DNA of 64,000 nucleotides, from the NCBI RefSeq assembly GCF_009914755.1, contig NC_060936.1; one strand, given 5' to 3'. This stretch comes from the human T2T-CHM13v2.0 reference genome, Homo sapiens. Position numbers and translations under genes: made by a program. The notes beneath the pieces were generated by a model. That model was not told the DNA's origin. It saw only the letters and a list, made by a program, of their open reading frames with translations, and ran no database searches. Shown one piece after another: positions 50,425-64,000 of the stretch (within the stretch, counting starts at the first letter, position 1; each line of letters begins with the position of its first letter).

Positions 50425-51173
50425 TGCTGTAAAATGGGGTGAATGGTGTTAGCTATATCACGAGGAACAAAAAATGGACAAAAAGCCCTTAGCATTCTGC
50501 CTGGCATGTTGAAGGATTCAATAAATGTTCCCTATCATCACCATTCCCTTCCACAGCTTCCATAAGCTAAAATTCTAGAGCCTGTTTGTAATGCTTCTGC
50601 AACACCATGCTTTACATATTTGAAAACAGTTAATATACTCTCCCCTGGCTGCACCTAAAAAGCTTTTGTTCCTAAGTTAAATATGCCCCCACCTTCCTTG
50701 ATAGAATTAACCTCGAAACCTTTCAGTGTATGTTTTTCAGAAAGCTGTTTGAAAGCATGTTAAAAATTCTTAGGAATGAACTGGAGAAATGTCAGAAGAC
50801 AAAAAGTGCCACGGAGAAAACAAAGGGAGCAGAGGAAAGGGATGGAAAAGGCTAGAATGCAGGGGGCGGGTGCAGTTTAAAATACAGGAGTCGAGTAGCT
50901 CACATTCAAAGAACTGGGCTTTCTTATGAAGTTTGATTGGAGACCCTGGCCTGGACCAAAATGGGGCACTCCACTCCTTCTCAGAGTTACAGGCAGACAG
51001 ATCTGCCGTGCAGCACTGGCCACCCAGGCTGAAAAGCAGGAAGACCCGAGGAGGGGCTTGGCGAGGGCAGCCCAAGTCTGCTCACTGGGTGGCCAGAAGC
51101 ACAGCATCATCCTGTGGCCTCCACAGAGAGGGCCAGGAAGCAGGAGGTGGGGCACCAGGAGACCCTGTCTTTA

Positions 51174-52281
<1,108 letters not shown>

Positions 52282-52671
52282 CATAGCATAGCAGTTCCTC
52301 AAAAAAGTGGCAATGTTAGTGGAAGTTTCTTCCTTTATGGGATGAAGCAGAACATGGGGAGAGAAGAGTTCCCCATTGTAGGTAGATTCTTAAAATAATT
52401 CAATGCTGTAATTATAACAGATAAGAATGTAGGCTAAAACTAAATTTAAACAGGAAGTTACTTATTTACCTCTAGCTATGAGTTCAATATATTATCTTAT
52501 TCTTGGAAAAGAAAGAAATGAAATAAAGCCTTGAACAGAGGAAACAGTAAAGAAATAAATCTGCATGGAAGAAAATGGAAAAAGTAAATGAAGTTGGAAG
52601 TTGTTAAGTACCAGTATTCTTTAAATTATTTACATGAATTCAGATGTGTAAATCCTCATTGAAGGCAGGAA

Positions 52672-52721
52672 CATTTGTAAAGTATTTACTGGACGCCATT
52701 TGTAAAGTCCTTTACTGGACG
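52672..52721 (+). repeat. Approx. 25-bp tandem duplication
   Basis: catttgtaaagt(a/cc)tttactggacg twice. Confidence 0.9.
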
Positions 52722-53754
52722 TATTCAGGGGGCTGAACTAAGTGTGGAAGCTATTAATAAAATAAAAGGTAATATTGATCGTGCCTTTAGAAACTTCTAT
52801 TTTAGAATGCAAATACTAATAATACCCGCTGAGAATTTAGAGACTATCCCTTATCTCCAGAGGCACTAGCCGCCCTGCAAAGGTTAGGGAGCTCAACAGA
52901 AGACCAAAGGGGCTAACAGCAAGATGGAGCAGGAGAGAACCCATTTACCTGGCAGGTGTGAGAAGAGTCAAGGTGTTTCTAAGCACACAGCTGAAAATGG
53001 AAAACAGGTGGGTGCTCCTGAGCAGGGGTTGGGGGCCAGAAACAAAGAGGGGCACCCATCAGCACTGTGTTGACAGGGGGGATGAAATTTCAGAGAGATC
53101 ATCTGGGCCCAAACCCACAGAGCCGAAGGGCCCAGAACACGGGTAACGGGTGAATGTATTCAGTCGGGCCTCCTGCCGCTTGTGGACCTGCTGAGGCCTT
53201 TGACGCCACATAAACCAAAATGAGCTGAGGCTTGGAGACTGGGTGGAAGCACTTGGGAATCTCATTTGACCTGTGGATTTTACTGATGGGAAAAAGGAGA
53301 AGATGCTCAGAGTGGTGGTCAGCTGCTCTGCCCACATGGGCCACCCAAGAGCACCCACAACCCGCCCTTACACCATGTCCATAGAAAGGGAGTGGTTTTT
53401 GGGTTCAGAGGAGAAAGATATCACTTCCTTCTGGGAGCAGGCGTCGGGTAGAGAAAGGGATCAGGCAGGTCTCAGGTTACGCAGCAAGAAAGCTCAAACC
53501 ACCTCTGTCAAACTCCCTCTGATTCTCCTTCATCCTCCTGTTCCAGAGCTTGGTGACTAGGATGCTCCTCTGTGTCCTGTGCAATCTCACAGGCCTTGAG
53601 CTTGTTCCCCGGGAGTAACCTCTGCAGAAGCAGGAAATGCCCTCTAGTCAGCTCTTCCGAATGTGAGAAATGAAAGCCTTACCAAAGGAAAGCTGAGGAA
53701 ACGTGTTCTTCCTTCCTTCCTCCCATCCTTCCTCCCTCTCTTCCTTCCCTCCAT

Positions 53755-54200
<446 letters not shown>

Positions 54201-54916
54201 TCCGTCCCTTCTTTCTTTATCTTTTCTTCCTTCCATTCTTCTTCTATCTTTCCTTCTCTCCCACCCTTCCTCCTTTCCTCCCTTTCTTTTTTCCTTTCTT
54301 CCATCTTTTATTCCTTCCTTCCTCACTTTCTCCCTCTATTGTTTACCATTTATTGAGCCGGTCAGCCCTTTGCCAAAGATCACAGAATGCATATAAAGAT
54401 ATGTTCTAGATCATGATTTTGCAGTGCTTACAACCTTAGGGGGAAAAAAAAAACGGATGATGAGTTAAAAATTAAACCAGCCGGTGAGGGGCCACTAGCT
54501 TCACTGAGGCAAAGAACCTCGAAGCATGATTCCATTTCCACAGATGGGGCCGCAGGAGAATATTCTGAGCCCAGCACAGAGGCCCAGATACACTGTGTTC
54601 TTCTGGGAGTCCAAATCCAGCCCTGAGAGCCCTGTGTAGGAGGGGGCTACGGCTCAGTGGAGGTTTCCTCTGCCTTTAAAATAGTTCTGGGATGTGATTT
54701 TTTGCCTTGAGTTACTAAGCTGAAAAAACAAGCCAGAAATACCTATTTTGCTCAAAATAGCCCAGTCCTCCCTTATGCCAGGTTCTCGGAAGCTGCCTTG
54801 GGTGCCTCTGCCCCACACAAACTCCCAGCACCGCCCACCTTGGTGACTGATGATGTGGGCAGAGGGGAGCAGAATGGGAAGCGGCAGCTTGGCTTCTCTG
54901 CCTGGCCTCTCTGTGC

Positions 54917-55227
<311 letters not shown>

Positions 55228-55339
55228 TGAATTACAGTTTTTTCCAGATCCTGAAGTCTCCCATTCCTGCTCAGTCTCTACCCTCTACTCATCATAGTTC
55301 CTGTTTTTTGAGTACTAGATACTTTGTATATATTTTTTA

Positions 55340-55630
55340 ACTTGTCTTTAATTATTGTCCTATTTACAGATGAAAAAACTGAAGATCAGAGAGGTTGTAT
55401 AACTTGCCTAAGGTCATAAAACTACTTAATGATGAAAATTTAAAACCAAGTCTGTCTGACTCTGTAGCCATGGTTCTCACTGTCTGGTCCCTGGACCAGC
55501 TGTATCAGCACCTCCTGGGAACTCATCAGAGACCTAATGAGTCAGAAATTTGGGGGGTCAGGTGGAGCCATCTGTGTCCTGGCAAGCCTCAAGGTGATTC
55601 TACTGGACACTCCCGACCAAGAACCACTGT
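55340..55630. mobile_element. MIR remnant followed by a MER5A-like DNA transposon
   Basis: ttacagatgaaaaaactgaag MIR core; tggttctca...tggtccctggaccagc...gaaccactg MER5-like ends. Confidence 0.65.
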
Positions 55631-57780
55631 TCCAGCACGTTCCCTTCATCTCCACGCCATGCTGCGTCTCCAACTTCCTGCTCTCCAAAGGCAAAACTCA
55701 CCATGAGGGAATCATCCAGAAATAAAGTTGATTTTCACTTCTCCCTGCAGATGCTCCCAGGGAGTTAAAGGTGACTCTTCACTCCAGACTCTAAATTTGA
55801 CCCCCTTTCAGGCGGCCACCCCAGGTTCATTATCACACCAATCAGCCAACTGTTTTGAGTAGAAATCTCCTTTCCCACCCTGTAAGGAATTCCAGGACAC
55901 CGTCTATGAAGAGGGAAATCATAACTTGGCTATTTGTTCAGGACACCCCTACCCTCTTCCAGACCAGCAGCTCATTGAGACACCTGCCCTCGAGATACCA
56001 CTTGACTACTGCCGCCAGTCGACAATTATTGATCAAGTACTGTGTCAGGTCCTCTGCTAGGCCCTTTGAGACATGTTATCTCAATTAATCCTTACAACAA
56101 CCCAAGAGGTAGACATGATTATTAGCCCATTTCAAAAACAAGAAAACTGAGGCACAGATTATTTGCCTAACTTCACTAGCTAATAAATTACTGAGATGAG
56201 ACTTAAACTCAGTTTGTCTCAAGAACCCCATGGTCTTATCCAGTATGCCCTATTGCCTGTTACGGGCCTTTGTCAAACAAGTCTTCTCTCTTGGTGCACT
56301 CCAGGCCAACTTTCTGTGTTCCAGCTTGAGAGTCCTCTTTGCAGCCATGTGAATCCAGTGTCTTCCTCTCGTTAATCCTCTAGGACACCTCTGCCCAGCT
56401 TTCTTCCATCCCCCCGCACCTGGCCATTTCCCTCTGGAGCTGTTTCCTACTAGCTGGGCTCTCACCTCCCAGACACTTTTCCTTCCTTTAGACCAGCTTC
56501 ATCTCCTCTATGTGCTGCTCAGCATGGAATAAATTCTATCTTTTTCCAATTCCCAATTTCTAAGGCAGGTTTTTTTTTTTTTTAATCTTACCATCTCTGC
56601 TTTGACCAGACACTTGGTACAACTTCAAACATTGTCGCCTGTGGTTTGGCTGCCTAACAAGGAGCTCTTGGCCCGCTTCGAAGCCAGCCTTCTTGAAGCC
56701 TGCCCTCACATTTAGCGCCCTTAATATAGACTCTGTCTACCACAGATCAGCGTGTACTGAGAAGATAGATCGGAATCAGGGAGGAGGCTATTTCATTGCC
56801 TGGTGGTGGAACCAATACTCAGTCTGGTGATATAAACTGAAAAATGCAAAAGTGGGGAAGGCAAGGTGAAGAGCGAAGGCAGCTTCTCAGACTTGGCTCG
56901 TGAGTTCATAGTAAGGCATCTCCAACAAGAGTCTTGCAGCGGCCTCCTGGAGGGTCCCTTCCATCCACAGTGATTGGGGCACAGGCTGGCTCAACCATAA
57001 AGGCAAACAGGAAACTCTGCCAGCAAAGGAAAAAGGAAGCTCTCAGATTCCTGTTCCAAGCAGCCTTCTGGGAAGGACTTTATCTTGGGGGAAAGTTTTA
57101 CTAAAGGAAATTTGACCTGAAGTTGCAAGTTTCCTTTGTTGAGAAAAGCAAATAACATGAAAGGGGAGAAAAGCAACAAGATGAAAGATTGGTCATCACA
57201 GATGCAGATCTAATCTCTGCCATAATATAAACTGGAAGAACCTAGAACCCTGGGAGGTGAGAGTGGCAGGCGGTGGGGGGGTGACATGAGCAGAAACAAC
57301 AGACAAGACGAGGCTGACCTCCCACAGGGGCAGCGAGGGCCCTGGCTGACCAGAGAACAGGACGAAATAAGGCTTTCCAGGGCAGGTTAGAGTCCTTTAG
57401 TATCAGGATGCAGTGTTTATAATCTCATGGGCCATGGAGAATTCTGTGCTCTAAGCATCTGGGAAATGAGATAATCAAAGCATATAAATAATACCAGTCA
57501 ACTTTTTTAAAAAAGGGTCAGTATTTTTAAACACATATTAAAATCTTCTTGAGCCCTTTGCACATATTAACTAATTTAAACCTCACAACAACCCTATGAA
57601 ATACATAACCAATATTATCACTTCCCTTTATAGGAGCACAGAAAGGTTAAGCACCTTGTTCAAGGTCACACAGTTTGTAAGGCTCAAAAGCAGGATTTGA
57701 ACGCAGGCCATCTGGTACTAACGTCACTCCTCTTAACCACCATACCTGACTGCAAAGCAGTCTCTAAAATTAACGAAGTG

Positions 57781-58173
57781 TGATATGGTTTGGATGCTTT
57801 GTTTCCTCCAAATCTCATGTTGAAATGTGACCTCCCATGGTGGTGGAGGTGGGGCCCGGTGGTAAGGACAGACCTCCCATGAATGGCCTGGTGCCCTCCT
57901 CGTGGTAATGAGTTCTTGCTCTGCGGTCACAGGCAATCTGGTTGTTTCAAAGAGTGTGGCACCTTCCTAGCCCTCTCTCATCATAGGAGGTACTGGCTCC
58001 CTCTTCACCTTCCTCCATAATCGAAAGCTTCCTGAGGCCTCACCAGCAGCAGATCCCAGCACTATGCTTCGCGTACGAACTGCAGAACTGTGAGCCAAAA
58101 TAAAACCTCTTTTCTTTATAAATCCCCCAATCTCAGATATTCCTTTATAGCAATGCAAAAACAGACTAACTCA
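57781..58173 (+). mobile_element. MSTB-like solo LTR
   Basis: tgatatggtttggatg...tttatagcaatgcaaaaacagactaa; TSD aagtg. Confidence 0.9.
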
Positions 58174-59669
58174 AGTGTATCTTCTTCGCTCTGTTCTTTA
58201 AGAAGTTTGGCAACTCTTGGGATGGTAAAAGAGGATAGCAGAAAGAAAACTGGGTTGGAATCCTAACTCTATGATTGAAGAAGGGGAGCTGGGACCTTGA
58301 ACCTCATAAGGTGATTATAAGTAATGAGATAATATGCGTCTCTGGCACATAGTAGATGCTCAGTAAATCATTACACTAGCTCATATTCATTGATGTTTAT
58401 CAAGGGCTAAGTATGTGCTAGGCCCTAGACATAAATCTCCTGAATTGAATTCAACCAGATTAGATCGATTTTACACTCCTGCTTCGTTTCAGGGCATGAG
58501 GAATGCTGAGAGTCAGCCTCTTGGGGAAGTTCTCAAAACTTCAACTCAATTTGTGTAGTAGTTGTGCACAATTCAGGTGAGGTGCTCATATTTCCTCTTA
58601 GTCATATTTTAATAAATGAAATATATTCTATAGTTTACAATCATAAAACAACTTTCTTTCTTCTGTTGTCCCTTCAAACCTTCTCTTTAAGAGGTTCTTT
58701 CTCTGCCCCTAGTTGAGATTTCAGACAAGGCAGGTGGCTTTCTGAGTCATTCCCGGACACAAGGGTCATTTTCAGTCGCAGGCACCACCTCATTTGAGTA
58801 TTTTAAGTAGCCAGGCTATGGTAATAATACAAACCCTGAGCTTTTATTTATATTGGAGAGTCTCCCCTCTTACAGTAGGGCAAGACTGCAGATGGTGATT
58901 GTTTGCCAGTAGCCAGGCAGGGCTGTGTGGCCAATGTCCTCCCCATCTCCCCCACTGACCCTCCTCGCACACTCCCCAGCTGCCGCTTCTGAGCCATTCA
59001 GGATCAGACTCAGGGCAGTGGGTATTAGAGGAAAAGAGCAGCAGTCTTACATGATGGGGACGCTCAGAACCTGGTGCTGGTGCCCGCTGAGCCTGGCAGA
59101 TATGCAAAGCTGACCCTTTTGTGAAAGACACTGCAGGTTGTCCTGGGAACCTCCAACTCAGTTAACATAACACAAACGTGACCGTATGTCCACTTTGCAG
59201 GGACAGTTCCAGTGGAATTCTGTTGCCTCAGCTATCTGTTAGTAGGCAGCTATTTGAGAAAGGATTCTTTCTCAAAAGTATCTCCAGTTAGGTGATAAGT
59301 TATAGAGCATCCTACTTAAAACAGATGAGGCTTCTCTGGAGGCACAAAATTCAGCTTCCCCCCAGAGATCTCCTCACACTGGTCACCGCATCTGTCCAGG
59401 GGGGTCTATGGACAGAGTCCCTTCAGGAAGGCTCCGGGCTGTCTGCCTCCCGCATGGCTCAATCTATATCCATGGATAATGGATGCCTTTCCTCACCATT
59501 GTCTAGGAAACTGCAGCTCACACCTACTGCAACTCACTCTCCCTCCCTCTCTTTTTGCAGTTCTTCCTTCTCAGGCCTATCTTACTGTCACTTCTCAGTC
59601 TTCATATTCCTCCCACTCCCAGTAGTATACGGAAGCCCCCTAAAGCCCCTCTCACTTGGCTTACAGTGA

Positions 59670-60021
<352 letters not shown>

Positions 60022-60185
60022 CAACTCTCTTTAAAGGTTGGAGGTGGGTGACTATTAGTCTTAGCAGGCCTGGTTTTATCATTTCTTAGCATGTCATGAA
60101 TAACAGTTCCTCTTCATATTCTTTATAATGTGGTGTCAGTTAATACCTATTGTAATATTTTCTGAGTTTAAGGATTCTGCCCATC

Positions 60186-61863
<1,678 letters not shown>

Positions 61864-63384
61864 AAGGATTCTGCCCATCTCCGAAACAACAGGAAGAGTG
61901 AATTGAATTTAATATCTAATTATGTATGATTTAATAAAGAAGAAGGGGAAAAAACCCTCCTGGTCTACTAAATCCTGAAAAGAAGATGATTCCTGTCTCA
62001 GTGCATGACCCAAAGCTACAGCAGATTCCAGAAATGCAATGTTGACCCTGCAGGAAAGTAGCTGAGCAAGTGCAGCCTTAGCCAGAATTTCCCTCACCAT
62101 AAAGAGGGGACAGATGCCACCAGGTCTGCCTCAGCCCATTTTCTTGAATTTCTTCTTCAAGATGCCAATGGATGTGGCATCTGAAAGTCTGATTCAGGTT
62201 TATGGCACTCATACCCTGGAAAAAAAGCTCTGTACAAGTTTTAGCTCAGCTTTGAACATGTGAACAGGAAGTCTATCCTAGTATTGCCCCTTCTATATGG
62301 GAAAACCTGGCTGCACAGCTAACTAAGGTGTGCACAGAAACATCAGCCTCGCTGGTTGCAGTTCTCAGTCTTTCACCCAATCCAAAAGGTAGAGAAGGAA
62401 GATGCTCTTCTCTGTGTCTTCAGGGGGTTCACGGTGGTATCCTTCGAAGCTGAAGGGCAGAAATCCAAGAATATGACCACACAGAGGAATCACTGTGTTC
62501 ACCTCCGTTTTTCCTATGGGTACCTCGAGAAGACTGCTGGGCATTCCCAGGCCACAGGTTGGCTCAGTAGCTTAGCCAGGAACAATCTGTGAGGCCTGAC
62601 TTTTAGCTCTGTGTCCTGCTCACTATACAACTCAAGCTCTGTGGAGTAGCGTGTCTGCAGAAACAAAGAAAAGCTTTTTAGAGTAATCGCAACTTTTCCC
62701 ACAAGCCGTGTTTTCATAGGAGCTTTTTGCTTTTTTTCCCAGCAGCAAGGTAAAGCAAGCAATTGAACTAACTTGTTCTCAGATCAATGAGTCCATTGTG
62801 TGCTTCAGGGAGCAAAAGGGTGTTTTGTTGTTGTTGCTTTTTTTCTCTCTTTCGATGTTGGTTTGGAGCAGAAATTAAACTTGGCCATGGGCTAAGAGGG
62901 AAAAGAACTGGATAGACAACTCTTTCTTTCTTTGGTTGGGATTCAGATTTCTGTAAAAATCCATAGGTTTATAAGTGAAATTGTTACTAAATATGTACCT
63001 ACTGATACACATGTCCTCTTTCAAACACCCCTTCACCCTGCTCCTTTCCTCCTCACAGTAGCGCCAGCTACACTCCAGAACACTAGGACAACTTTAATAA
63101 GGGGCTAAACTATTTGTGCCTGACATTGCTTGATTATCTTGCCAGGAAAACAGATGCAAGGTCCTGAGGTACTATCTCAAATACTGGCAAAGAAAGGGAG
63201 ATTGAAAAGTTCATGCTTACCATGAACAAAATTTCAGATCAAAATTCTACAATGTCCTAATCTACTTACAAATTGGGGAAAGGAGTGGCACTATTTTTTC
63301 CCTGTTTCTCCTCTGCTCACAGGTGATTTCAACAGAGTCTGTTCTCAGTTCTGGACTAGTTTAACTGTAACTGGAGCCAAAACA

Positions 63385-64000
63385 GCTCAATAGGAAAGAA
63401 CTGTTTTTTTCAGCAAATGATGCTGGAACAACTGGATAGCCACATGCAAGAGAATGGAGTTGGGTCCCTGTGTCAGTCAGCTTGGGCTGCCATCACAAAA
63501 TACCATAGACTCTGGGGCTTAAAGCATAGACTTTATTGTCTAACAGTTCTGGAGGCTGGAAGTCCAAAATCAGGGGGCCAGCATTGTAGGGTTCCTGGCT
63601 TGCAGATGGCCGCCTTCTCACTATGTGCGCACATGGCAGAGAGGGAGGGAGAGAGAGAGGCAGAGAGAGAAAGATCTTCCCCTTCATACAAAGCCACAGT
63701 CCTATCTGAATAGGCTCCACCCTTGGGAGCTCATCTAGCCATAATTACCTCCTAAAGACCCTATCTCCTGATACAGTCACACTGGGAGTTGTTAGGACTT
63801 CAACATGTGAATTTGGGGGAGATACAATTAAGTCCATAGCAGTCCCATCCTCACACTACACACAAAAACTAAGTCAAAATAGATCAGAGACCTAACTGTG
63901 AGAGCAAAAACTGTAACACTTTTCAGAAGAAAATATAGGAGTAAATCTTCACCACCTTGGGTTAGAAAAGGCCTTCTTAGAAAAGATACCAAAAATACAA
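63385..64000 (+). mobile_element. L1M ORF2 remnant interrupted by an MLT1A
   Basis: ttcagcaaatgatgctggaacaactgg...gacctaactgtgagagcaaaaactgtaa. Confidence 0.7.
63469..63841 (-). mobile_element. MLT1A-like solo LTR
   Basis: tgtgtcagtcagcttgggctgcc...agtccatagca; 5-bp TSD gtccc. Confidence 0.88.

Overview
This is primate genomic DNA, most likely human or another hominid, and it looks intergenic or intronic. It is dominated by interspersed repeats: three young L1PA copies, several old L1M, L2 and MIR remnants, about 20 Alus, MaLR solo LTRs (MLT1/MST) and MER1B/MER5 DNA transposons. I find no intact cellular protein-coding gene, rRNA, tRNA or CRISPR array, and no evidence of a new multi-gene system. 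The long ORFs are either LINE-1 ORF2 pieces or chance frames, many in repeats. The most notable features are structural. (1) A twin-primed L1PA2 creates a 451-codon RT-core ORF. (2) An approx. 220-bp inverted duplication is pasted into an MLT1 LTR with fold-back junctions. (3) A tailless U6 5'-fragment retrocopy is flanked by a TSD. (4) An unidentified 55-nt GC-rich insert has a TSD and a decayed A-tail. (5) There is a probable old L1 3' transduction. (6) An ancient approx. 130-bp duplicated module carries GATA/HNF1/forkhead-like motifs. (7) A few exon-like segments may belong to non-coding transcripts. Repeat subfamily calls come from remembered consensus features, and boundaries of old repeats are approximate.
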